A stretch of DNA of 40,890 bases, from the NCBI GenBank assembly GCA_043804035.1, contig JAZDJJ010000169.1, forward strand, positions 1 to 40,890, read 5' to 3'. The DNA is from Bacteroidota bacterium (GTDB taxonomy: Bacteria; Bacteroidota; Bacteroidia; Palsa-948). A program made the translations under genes and the position numbers. Of this stretch, positions 8,386-17,568 are shown in pieces (within the stretch, counting starts at the first letter, position 1; the number at the start of each line of letters is the position of its first letter). The notes beneath the pieces are model-generated. The model was not told where the DNA came from and made no database searches. It worked only from the letters and a program-made list of their open reading frames with translations.

Positions 8386-11300
8386 TTAGAAATCAAGTAT
8401 AACTCCGATACGAATTCTTCTTGGAATGCTGTAGAAAGAAGGATTAGCCATTTTAATAGTATACAAATCTTCAAAAGATTGAGGGCTTGCATAGCCATTG
8501 ATCTGGTTTTGGCTTTCGGGAGCACTCAGATAGCCATCATCATTAGGGTCGCCTGTATAACGATACAAGTTAAGTACATTTTTCGTATTAAGTACATTGA
8601 GCACTTGCAGATACACATTAAGATTGGATGACTTGGCTTTATCTCCTTCTCCCCCCCATTTAAGTTCTATGTTTTTGTCAATGCGCAGGTCAATACGATT
8701 TTGCCATGGCAAATTAGAACCGTTGATTTTTCCTTTCAGTGAGGTACGAGCGTTTTGACCAAATACCACCTGATCACCTCCATTGCCATTGCCTGAAGTT
8801 AAATTTTGCTGACGGGAATAAGGGAGACCGGAACCGGCACGGAACACAATATTACCACCAAGATTTTCTAAAAGTGTTTTAATTAATGAACCGGAAGGTC
8901 CTCTGTAATCCTTTCCTTTGCCAAAGCGATAGTCGGCATTCAGCACAATAGCATGACGTTGGTCAAAATCCAATGGCATGGTGGTGCGCAGGTTGGGCTG
9001 TCCTTCATTTATAATGTTATGTGCAGTACCAACAGCTGAACCTGTACCTTCAGCAAATTGCAGGGTATAAGAAGCTGTCAACTGCACATTATCCGTTCTG
9101 CGCAAATCGTAAGCCATAGTAAATCCTTTTGCTGTACCAAAGTCAATATTGCCATAAGTTATATATGTTTCAGGATAAGCACCATAAACATTTATCTCCT
9201 GTAGCATATCGCGCATCTCACGATAAAAGGCAGAAAGAGAAAGTGCAGAATTTTTCTTTTCATTCAAGGTTTGTCTGAATCCTACTTCATAATCAATGGT
9301 ACGCTCGGCTTTCAAAGAAGGTCTACTGTATATACTGCCAAGCCTATTAGGAGGACGTTGGCTCAAAACATCATAGTGAGCAAAGAAATTTGCAAGGTCG
9401 GAAATCGGGAAAGTAAAGGCAATACGTGGCATGAAAGTAGTTTGAACATCATACATTTTGAATACATTATGCACATCAGATGAATCTAATAATCTTGTTT
9501 TACTTTCGTTGGGATATTTAAGATATGGCTGAATGGTTGTGCCTTGCATCAACAAAGCAGGGTCGGAAATCTGAATGCCCTTGCTATTATACCATTGGTC
9601 TCCATCGCGATAGCCGACTACTGTGAGAGGATTTCTGGCATTATTTACATACACCACAAAGTCGGAGCCAACATTTGAAGGATGATTGAACTTGATAGAT
9701 TCTTTCACTGTGTATGCTTCATGCGACAGGTACTTATCTTTTAGTACTGGCTGGTTAGTATTAAAATTATCAACACGCAATCCGATATTGAATTTCATAT
9801 CCTTGATATCAAATTTATCCTGAAGATAACCTGCCATATAAATTGGCTGGTAAGACGGAACAATACGAGTATAATTATCATTGGCGTCTTTCTCTTTATA
9901 GTATTTTTCAAGTGAAGCAAGATTAAGAGATTGCTTGCCTGAAAGTTTTTTACCGTCATAAGAGTAGCCATAATAGGCACTACCCAATTCATCAGGACTG
10001 AACATACTTATATTAAAGATACTTGGGTCATAAGAATCAATATCAATCCATACATCATTGGCAATGTGCAATTGTTTCCTGATGGATTTATCAAATTGAC
10101 TTTGCAGAGCAGCATTGACTAATGGTTTAAAGACATAAACGGGATAAGCAGGATTGGTTATAATAGATCCTGTATAAATAGGTCCAGCGTAAAGAGAAGA
10201 ATCAGATTTGTCTAATTGAGCAATGTGTCTGTTAGCCAAACTGCGCATACTTGTCCATAATCCAATGGGATTCATTGCCCAGGATCTGTCATCTCTTTTT
10301 TCAAATTCAAACCCCGCTTGAATGGCATGGTTTTTTATATCCGCAGAAAAATTGCCTGTAATACGAATCTGCGACTGGTCTGCATTGGAGTACCCGTTAT
10401 ACTGGCGCCCTGTATTGTACCAAATTCTAAAGACATCATACGGGCGATCGCCATTAAGCATTCCATGCCCTTGTTGTATTTGGGTTGTGCTGTACGGTCT
10501 GCTAGGCGATAAAAAATCATAATATTGCTCAGTATAATTAGCACCAAGGGGATTTTGATTTCCTGCCGAAAAAGTTATAGCTGTATCTACCCATGTGCTT
10601 TGTACATAATATGTGCTGTCAATAGGAGCGATTTTATCGCTCATGAGTTTAAATCCCGGAACCCTATATTTATTAAATTTTCCCACATAACCATAGTCAA
10701 AAAAATTATCTTTATGCGTATCATCCTGAGTTGTCGCTTGGTATTTTGTATAACCAACCTGCAAAGTATAATAAGCATTATTGATAAGTGAAGTTGTTTT
10801 GTCGTCTTTTGATTTTTGTTGTTTACCAATTTTATGCATAATCTTTCCGTACATTCTCATTGTATTATATATGGTCTGAGGATTGTTACTTGGGTTAAGC
10901 AAAGCATATTCCCAAACAAAGCCATGATAATTTCCGTAATCCATAGATCCGCCAAGAGTAAAGGTTATATTATTACTTGGCTTAAAATCAATTTTACCTG
11001 CAAGTCGGGCAATGTTACTTCTTACATTTTGCCTTGCCTTGATATGTTCCAAGTCATTCATTTCCAAAAGTTCAGAATTAAGAAGATTACCTTCTCCCTT
11101 AGGATTTACATATAATGGTTTTTCTTCTAATTCTTTGAGTTTTTCATCTTTTACTTTATATACACCAATAGCAGATGGATATGGATCTTTTTCTGAAGAA
11201 ACTTCTCCTGAAAGGAAGAATCCGATTTTTGCATTTTTATTTCCAGTGCTGTCTTTCTTTATAAAAAGAGGACCGCCAACATTAAATCCGCCAAAGTTGT

Positions 11301-12042
11301 AACCATAAGCATCGGTGAGTTGGGATGACACCAATTCAACTCCACCAAAATAATCGGGGCGAATACCTCCACGTGTAGTAATATTGATGAACCCACCTGT
11401 TGCGTCACCGTATTGCGCCGGTACACCGCCTGTGATAACTGATATTTGCTCAATACTTGATTGAGGTAATCCATATGTACCACGTACTTTTTCGCCGTCA
11501 ATATAATAGTCAGTTCCCTGAGAACGAGATCCTTTGATGAACAAAGCGCCACCTTCATCTTGTTGAAAAACACCGGCAGTAGTGGAAGCAACAGAATTAA
11601 TATTTTTAGAAGGCATTGCCTGAAACTCTTCGCGGGTTACAGTTCCTCCTGTTGTTGTATTAGGGTCCTGAAGAGGTTCTTTGTAATCAGTAAGAACAAA
11701 TGTTTCAATTTCTTTAGCAGATGATTTTACTTTCATATCCTGATAAGCGGTTTTATCACCACTGATAATCATACCTCTTATAGTTAAGGTTTGATAACCC
11801 ACAGCCGCGGATTTTAAATCGTATTTGCCCGGAGTAATGGCTTTGATAGTAAAGTTGCCATCAATGTCGGCAATAGTTTTTGCAATGGCAGAGCCATTTA
11901 TTTCCAATTGTACATTGGCAAAGGAAATTGCTTCACCGTTTCCTTCATCAATAACTTTTCCTTTGAGCGCACCCAATTGTGCGAAGGATAACGTTCCTGT
12001 TGTGAACGCTACGAAAAGAATAGCAAGGATTTTTTTGAACAT
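8386..12042 (-). CDS. TonB-dependent receptor with N-terminal carboxypeptidase-regulatory-like domain
   Basis: Signal peptide; LKGKVID...FANV...DIDGNFTI; plug motifs IKGSR...YYIDG and GGVPAQYGDATGGFINITT; PRIAFTFPI; C-terminal PRRIRIGVILDF. Confidence 0.9.
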   Translation of the reverse strand: MFKKILAILFVAFTTGTLSFAQLGALKGKVIDEGNGEAISFANVQLEINGSAIAKTIADIDGNFTIKAITPGKYDLKSAAVGYQTLTIRGMIISGDKTAYQDMKVKSSAKEIETFVLTDYKEPLQDPNTTTGGTVTREEFQAMPSKNINSVASTTAGVFQQDEGGALFIKGSRSQGTDYYIDGEKVRGTYGLPQSSIEQISVITGGVPAQYGDATGGFINITTRGGIRPDYFGGVELVSSQLTDAYGYNFGGFNVGGPLFIKKDSTGNKNAKIGFFLSGEVSSEKDPYPSAIGVYKVKDEKLKELEEKPLYVNPKGEGNLLNSELLEMNDLEHIKARQNVRSNIARLAGKIDFKPSNNITFTLGGSMDYGNYHGFVWEYALLNPSNNPQTIYNTMRMYGKIMHKIGKQQKSKDDKTTSLINNAYYTLQVGYTKYQATTQDDTHKDNFFDYGYVGKFNKYRVPGFKLMSDKIAPIDSTYYVQSTWVDTAITFSAGNQNPLGANYTEQYYDFLSPSRPYSTTQIQQGHGMLNGDRPYDVFRIWYNTGRQYNGYSNADQSQIRITGNFSADIKNHAIQAGFEFEKRDDRSWAMNPIGLWTSMRSLANRHIAQLDKSDSSLYAGPIYTGSIITNPAYPVYVFKPLVNAALQSQFDKSIRKQLHIANDVWIDIDSYDPSIFNISMFSPDELGSAYYGYSYDGKKLSGKQSLNLASLEKYYKEKDANDNYTRIVPSYQPIYMAGYLQDKFDIKDMKFNIGLRVDNFNTNQPVLKDKYLSHEAYTVKESIKFNHPSNVGSDFVVYVNNARNPLTVVGYRDGDQWYNSKGIQISDPALLMQGTTIQPYLKYPNESKTRLLDSSDVHNVFKMYDVQTTFMPRIAFTFPISDLANFFAHYDVLSQRPPNRLGSIYSRPSLKAERTIDYEVGFRQTLNEKKNSALSLSAFYREMRDMLQEINVYGAYPETYITYGNIDFGTAKGFTMAYDLRRTDNVQLTASYTLQFAEGTGSAVGTAHNIINEGQPNLRTTMPLDFDQRHAIVLNADYRFGKGKDYRGPSGSLIKTLLENLGGNIVFRAGSGLPYSRQQNLTSGNGNGGDQVVFGQNARTSLKGKINGSNLPWQNRIDLRIDKNIELKWGGEGDKAKSSNLNVYLQVLNVLNTKNVLNLYRYTGDPNDDGYLSAPESQNQINGYASPQSFEDLYTIKMANPSFYSIPRRIRIGVILDF

Positions 12043-12075
12043 AAATAATAATTTATTAGGTTATTAAAGAAAATA

Positions 12076-12083
12076 CAAATGTA
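12076..12083 (-). promoter_or_regulatory. Bacteroidota -7 promoter box for the TonB-dependent receptor
   Basis: TACATTTG on the - strand, 33 bp before the ATG. Confidence 0.55.
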
Positions 12084-12123
12084 TAAAAATATATCTTTCA
12101 CATGCAAATTTATTTTCATTTTT

Positions 12124-12552
12124 TTAGTACGAAGGTTTTTTCAATATTTCGTAAGATATAATTGCTTGTCGTATGTCAAAATCAATTACCGGTTCTTGTT
12201 CCTGCAAAACAGAATTTTGTTGTGTTTCGGTTTTTATTTTATGTGTAAAAAGTTTTTCTTTTAGAGGTGTATGCGTAACTTTTGCCTGATGATGTTTTGG
12301 TTGTTGGATTTGTTTTTCAGGAACTTGTACTTCGGGAACTTCACCTAACATTTGCTCCATCATTTTTTTAAATTCATCTCCTACGGTTGGCTGCGGAGAA
12401 TGTGGATTTGTATGCGGTTGAGTAGTTGTATGCTGAGGATTTTTATCAATAATAGGACGATTCTTTACTATTTTTTTTCTTGCTTTGATGATACTATATA
12501 TGATATAAACCATCACAAAAATTATATAGATGTAATTGGTATCGGCTTTCAT
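12124..12552 (-). CDS. Hypothetical single-pass membrane protein
   Basis: N-terminal TM helix, P/Q/E-rich linker, C-terminal FDIRQAIISYEILKK. Overlaps the upstream gene by 4 bp (ATGA). Confidence 0.75.
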   Translation of the reverse strand: MKADTNYIYIIFVMVYIIYSIIKARKKIVKNRPIIDKNPQHTTTQPHTNPHSPQPTVGDEFKKMMEQMLGEVPEVQVPEKQIQQPKHHQAKVTHTPLKEKLFTHKIKTETQQNSVLQEQEPVIDFDIRQAIISYEILKKPSY

Positions 12553-14060
12553 TGATATTTTATTTTGTTAGATTTTTTTTGAAAGAACGGAAACTTTTTT
12601 AAAAATTTTTCTTTGTCAAAGATAAACAATAATGCAATCAGCAAAAAAGGCAATGCAGGAACTTTATATCTGACAATGGCTCCGAGGATGGGAGTGGCGA
12701 TGCTTGTAAGAATAAACAAAAGAAATACAATACTCAAACAAAAATAAAATAAATGTCTATGTTCTATTTTTCTTACAAAAAATACAATGCTTAATATTAA
12801 CAATAAAAGGATAATAAAATTTTCAATAGCAGGAAAACCCATAAGAGCATTTTTCATTTCAAAAATATGAGGACGAAAAAATGTAGAGACAAATGCCACC
12901 GGGGAATTTTTTATGATGCTCCATATATTCGGATAGAGGATAGGAATATCTATTTTACTGCCAGCAGGATCCATGTTGAAGTAAACCCAATAAGTATTTG
13001 TATCTACCGAACTTTCTATGATGTTTGTGTCTGAGAAATTTTCTTTTGCCCAATCAATATATGGAACTCCGGGTTTTATTTTGCAGTAATCGGGTCTGTC
13101 TTTTAAATAAACAATCCTGTCTTTTATTTCCGGTTTGATATACACAAAACGTTTTACTTTTTCATTGCCAAGATAACTTCCTCCTCTTGCCAGATGAATG
13201 CTATGCTTTTGTTTTTCCATAAGCATAAACCGAATGTCATAATCAGGAATATTGAAGCCGATAAAAAAATATGCAGTGAAAACAAAAATATATTTTATCT
13301 CCGGCATTCTGAATCCTGTTTTTACAATCCATGCATTAGCAAGAAGCGCAGGAAGTACAATCAGTAAAATATATAATTTGGTAAAGAATAATAATCCAAG
13401 GAAAAAAACTATCAATAAAAATCTTTTCGTTGAAAATTTTTTGTTGATTGCTTTATGAAAATGATAGATGAGCATGCCCATACTAAAAAGAATAAGTCCT
13501 TCTTTCAAAACACTTGAACCCCAAAATAAAACCGATGGAATTAAAAATACACTCACGAATAATTCTTTCTTTTTGTTTTTGAAGAAAGGAAGAAACGTTT
13601 TATAAATACCAACAAGTCCGCATAATGAAAGGAAACTCATAAAAACTGTATGCACATGAAAATATCCAAACGAAAATAAACTGACAAGCGCATTGAAACG
13701 AATAAGAGTACGACTTTCATTATATAATCCCTGATCATATTCCTTTGACCAATAATTCATTTGCTGATAATATTTTTCAAGTTCTGCATCATGAAAATCT
13801 AATAATATTTTTACATAGTTCATCGGTTTTTCAAATAAGACATTGTATATTATGTTCCCGTCTTTGAAGTAATAAAAGATATCGCCGCCATTATAGTGAA
13901 AAGAATAAATTGCCCATAACGCGATGCCAAATATTATTTTCAGGAGAAACACAGCAACAAGCCATTTTCTTGAAATACATTCTGTATTAAAAAAATTTAA
14001 CCGACTGATAAGGAAAATAAACAGGAAAGAGTAAATTAAAGTAAGAGCAATTTCAAACAT
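12549..14060 (-). CDS. Polytopic membrane protein, possibly GT-C fold or polysaccharide polymerase-like
   Basis: About 11 hydrophobic segments; GGDIFYY after TM2, PSVLFWGSSVLKEG, GAIVRYK. Function is inferred. Confidence 0.7.
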   Translation of the reverse strand: MFEIALTLIYSFLFIFLISRLNFFNTECISRKWLVAVFLLKIIFGIALWAIYSFHYNGGDIFYYFKDGNIIYNVLFEKPMNYVKILLDFHDAELEKYYQQMNYWSKEYDQGLYNESRTLIRFNALVSLFSFGYFHVHTVFMSFLSLCGLVGIYKTFLPFFKNKKKELFVSVFLIPSVLFWGSSVLKEGLILFSMGMLIYHFHKAINKKFSTKRFLLIVFFLGLLFFTKLYILLIVLPALLANAWIVKTGFRMPEIKYIFVFTAYFFIGFNIPDYDIRFMLMEKQKHSIHLARGGSYLGNEKVKRFVYIKPEIKDRIVYLKDRPDYCKIKPGVPYIDWAKENFSDTNIIESSVDTNTYWVYFNMDPAGSKIDIPILYPNIWSIIKNSPVAFVSTFFRPHIFEMKNALMGFPAIENFIILLLLILSIVFFVRKIEHRHLFYFCLSIVFLLFILTSIATPILGAIVRYKVPALPFLLIALLFIFDKEKFLKKFPFFQKKSNKIKYQ

Positions 14061-14093
14061 GGGAAAAAATAATTATCGGACTTCAGCCCGAAA

Positions 14094-14262
14094 TAGTACT
14101 TGCAAATTTTGACCAACCATCATTTTTGGGCTAAAGCCCTTTCTGTTGATAATATTCTTTTGTCCGTTGCCTAAAGCAACAGCAATTGATTACAATGCAA
14201 TTTTTTCACACGATTAGCGGTAAAACTATTTTTTTCTAAAAATATCTTTTGCGAAAGTCCTA
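14094..14262. repeat. Degenerate MITE-like element (same TIR family) with small palindromes
   Basis: TGCGAAAGTCCTA at 14250-14262 (12/13 match). Possible degenerate left end TAGTACTTGCA at 14094. Interior GGGCTAAAGCCC and GTTGCCTAAAGCAAC. Confidence 0.5.
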
Positions 14263-14394
14263 TATTCATAATTTGAATTTGTTTCGTATTTCGTATTTAT
14301 GTTTTCCCGTTGGATTGTGGCTTGTCTACGTTCAGGTATACTCATCAAAATTAAACTTTAATGTATTTTCGCTTTTCAATTTTACGAATTACTA

Positions 14395-16401
14395 ATGAAA
14401 ACAAAGTATAGATATTCTCCGTTAATTATTTATCTATTATTTGTTTGCAATTCTTTTTCTCAACCTGTCTTTTTAAAATCCTCAACTATTTCGTGGGCTG
14501 ATTCTGTTTTTAATTCTCTCACACCCAAACAACGCATCGGGCAATTGTTTATGGTTGCTGCATATTCAAATGAAAAAACTGATACAGCGAAAATAAAAAA
14601 ACTAATTAACAACTGCGGCATCGGAGGAATAATTTTTTTTCAGGGCGGACCTTATCGTCAGGTATCGCTTACAAATTATTATCAATCACTTTCAAAAGTT
14701 CCATTGATGATTTCTATTGATGCAGAATGGGGATTAGATATGCGGATAGACAGCACAGTTCGTTTTCCACGACAAATGACACTTGGCGCTATTCCTCCCA
14801 AAGCCGATTCTCTCATTTATTTGATGGGAAAAGAAATTGCCCGTCAGTGCAAGTTGATTGGCATTCATGTAAATCTTGCTCCTGTGGTTGATATAAATAA
14901 TAATCCGATGAATCCAGTTATTGGCACACGTTCGTTTGGTGAAAATAAATATGATGTAACACGAAAATCATTGTTGTACATGAAAGGATTACAAGATGGA
15001 GGAATACTTGCTGTGGCAAAACATTTTCCCGGACATGGCGATACCGACAGTGATTCTCATAAAACTCTTCCAACTGTTTTTCATTCAAAAGAAAAAATAG
15101 ATACGTTAGATTTATATCCGTTCAAGGAACTTATTAAACAAGGAGTGGGCGGTGTAATGGTAGCACATTTATTTATTCCTGCTTACGACACAACAAGAAA
15201 TATTGCTTCCACTCTTTCTTCAAAGATTGTAAATGATTTACTAAAGAATGAATTAAAGTTTCAAGGACTGATTTTTACTGATGCACTTAACATGAAAGGT
15301 GTGAGTAAATATTTTAAGCCCGGCGAAGTGGATGTAAAATCTCTTCTTGCCGGCAATGATGTATTATTATTTTCGGAAGATGTTCCAAAAGCAGTTACCG
15401 AAATTATCAAAGCGATAGAGCGAAAAGAAATCACGCAGGAAGAAGTTGATGCTCGCTGTAAAAAAATTCTTTTAGCAAAACAATGGTGCGGGTTAAATAA
15501 ATATTCTCCGATAGATACCACTCATCTTTTTAGCAATTTAAATTCAGAACACAGCGATTATCTTAACATTCTGCTTGCCGAAAATTCTGTTACACTTTTG
15601 AAGAATAAAAATAATTTAATCCCACTCAGGAACCTTGATACATTGAAAATTGCAACTGTAACTATTAGAACAAAAGGAGTAAATAATTTTCTTCAGATGC
15701 TCAGGTTATATTCTCCAATGAAACATTTCTTTCTTCCTAAAGAGCCGACAGATATAGAAATAGATTCTTTATTAAAAAAACTAAACAATTACAATCTGAT
15801 AATCATTGATGTTTCTTCAACTAACAATGACATCAAACATGATTTTGGAATTACCAAACAATCCATCAAGTTCATTATGCAGGCAAGCAAAAGAGCAAAA
15901 GTCATAGTAGATTTTTTTGCAAATCCTTACTCGCTTACTTTGTTAGATTCTGCATGGAAAAGCACAGATGCAATTATCATGTCTTACGAAAACACAGCAT
16001 CACAAATGAGTTTGTCTTCTCAACTTATTTTTGGTGGAATTTCTTCAAAAGGAAAATTACCGATTACGGCATCACAGCAATTTCCTCTCCATTCAGGAAT
16101 AAATTCTGATACTTCTATACGTTTTAAATACACAGTTCCTGAAGAACTTGACATTGATTCAAAAAAACTTTCCATGATTGATTCTATTGTGATGAAAGGA
16201 ATTAACGAGAAAGCATTCCCGGGATGTCAGGTATTTCTTGCTAAGAATAGAAAGGTCTTTTATTACAAAACATTTGGATATCATACTTATGAAAATAAAA
16301 GCACAGTGAAGAAAGATGATATTTATGATTTGGCTTCTGTTACAAAGATTGCATCCACCACAGCAGCAGTTATGAAATTAGTGGATGAAAAAAAAAAATA
16401 A
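14395..16401 (+). CDS. GH3 beta-N-acetylglucosaminidase (NagZ-like), 5' part of a frameshifted GH3-serine hydrolase fusion
   Basis: IDAEWG, APVVDIN, RSFGE, KHFPGHGDTDSDSH, TDALNM. Ends with the start of a beta-lactamase-like domain (FPGCQV...YDLASVTK) and stops after an A11 run. Confidence 0.9.
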   Translation: MKTKYRYSPLIIYLLFVCNSFSQPVFLKSSTISWADSVFNSLTPKQRIGQLFMVAAYSNEKTDTAKIKKLINNCGIGGIIFFQGGPYRQVSLTNYYQSLSKVPLMISIDAEWGLDMRIDSTVRFPRQMTLGAIPPKADSLIYLMGKEIARQCKLIGIHVNLAPVVDINNNPMNPVIGTRSFGENKYDVTRKSLLYMKGLQDGGILAVAKHFPGHGDTDSDSHKTLPTVFHSKEKIDTLDLYPFKELIKQGVGGVMVAHLFIPAYDTTRNIASTLSSKIVNDLLKNELKFQGLIFTDALNMKGVSKYFKPGEVDVKSLLAGNDVLLFSEDVPKAVTEIIKAIERKEITQEEVDARCKKILLAKQWCGLNKYSPIDTTHLFSNLNSEHSDYLNILLAENSVTLLKNKNNLIPLRNLDTLKIATVTIRTKGVNNFLQMLRLYSPMKHFFLPKEPTDIEIDSLLKKLNNYNLIIIDVSSTNNDIKHDFGITKQSIKFIMQASKRAKVIVDFFANPYSLTLLDSAWKSTDAIIMSYENTASQMSLSSQLIFGGISSKGKLPITASQQFPLHSGINSDTSIRFKYTVPEELDIDSKKLSMIDSIVMKGINEKAFPGCQVFLAKNRKVFYYKTFGYHTYENKSTVKKDDIYDLASVTKIASTTAAVMKLVDEKKK

Positions 16402-17324
16402 ATGTTGATGATTATCTCTGCTATCATCTGCCCGAATTAGAAGGAACTAATAAGATGAACATCAATATCAGAGAGATGATGACGCATCAGGCAGGACTGA
16501 AAGATTGGATTCCGTTTTATCTGCACACAATGAGTAAAGGAGAATATAAACCGGGTATTTATAGCAAAGTACAAAATGATAGTTTTCCCTATCGTGTAGC
16601 AGAAAAATTTTACATTCATCATAGTTATCCTGATACCATCTTCAAAAAAATTTATGATTCTCCATTAAGTGAAAAACATGAGTATAAATACAGCGACTTT
16701 GGATTTTATTTTATGCATAAAATTGTTGAACGCTCTTCGGGAGTAATGTTGAATGAATTTGTTCAAAAGAATTTTTACTCTCCTCTTGGTTTGTCAACTA
16801 TGTGCTACCGTCCTCGCGAACGGTTTGACATAAAAAGAATTGTTCCTACTGAATATGATGTTGGGTTCAGAAAACAATTAATACGGGGCGATGTTCATGA
16901 TCCTGGCGCTGCTATGCTTGGAGGAGTGGCAGGGCATGCAGGATTATTTTCTGATGCAAACGACCTTGCTGTGATGATGCAAATGTTTTTGCAAAAAGGT
17001 GAATATGGAGGCAAAAGATATCTGGACTCTGCTACCGTTAATGAATTTACTAAATGTCAGTTTTGTGCAGATAACCGCAGGGCTCTTGGCTTTGATAAAC
17101 CCGAAACTAATCCGCAAAAAGATAGCCCCGTCTGCAATTGTGTTTCGGAGCGAAGTTTTGGTCATCAGGGTTTCACGGGAACAATCACTTGGGTTGATCC
17201 TGAAAAAGAATTGGTTTATGTTTTTCTTTCCAACCGCGTTTATCCCGATATAGAAAATAATAAAATAAATAAAATGGGTATTCGCAATGCAATTTTGAGA
17301 GTGGTTTATAAAGCGATAAAGTAA
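16398..17324 (+). pseudogene. Serine hydrolase/beta-lactamase-like domain, 3' part of the frameshifted fusion
   Basis: Frame is open from 16398 (INVDDYLCYHLPEL...), upstream of the track ATG at 16455. Contains THQAGL, YSDFG, VHDPGA, GHAGLFS, FGHQGFTGT, LSNRV but lacks the SxxK motif, which lies in the upstream ORF. Confidence 0.85.
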
Positions 17325-17337
17325 CTGATGTTACGTA

Positions 17338-17568
17338 AAAATTCTTCCTGCTTTCCCTAAAATTCTTCCTGCTTTCCCTAAAATTCTTCCTGCTTTCTCT
17401 AAAATTCTTCCTGCTTTCCCTAAAATTCTTCCTACTTTCCCTAAAATTCTTCCTACTTTTTTCAAAATTCTTCCTACTTTCCCCAAAATTCTTCCTACTT
17501 TCCCTAAAATTCTTCCTACTTTATCTAAAATTCTTCCTACTTTCCCTAAAATTCTTCCTACTTTATCT
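17338..17568. repeat. 21-bp tandem repeat array, 11 units
   Basis: AAAATTCTTCCT(G/A)CTTT(CCCT/CTCT/TTTC/CCCC/ATCT) x11, exact period 21. The last unit contains the stop codon of the adjacent - strand gene. Confidence 0.97.

Noticed and set aside
9290-9370. Possible internal deletion in the TonB-dependent receptor (QRPPNRLGSIYSRPSLKAE looks short)
   Set aside because: The frame is intact and loop length varies in this family; cannot be judged without an alignment.
17338-17568. CRISPR or guide-RNA array
   Set aside because: Only 5 of 21 positions vary, with little diversity, which is too little to encode guides. No recognisable nuclease is adjacent.
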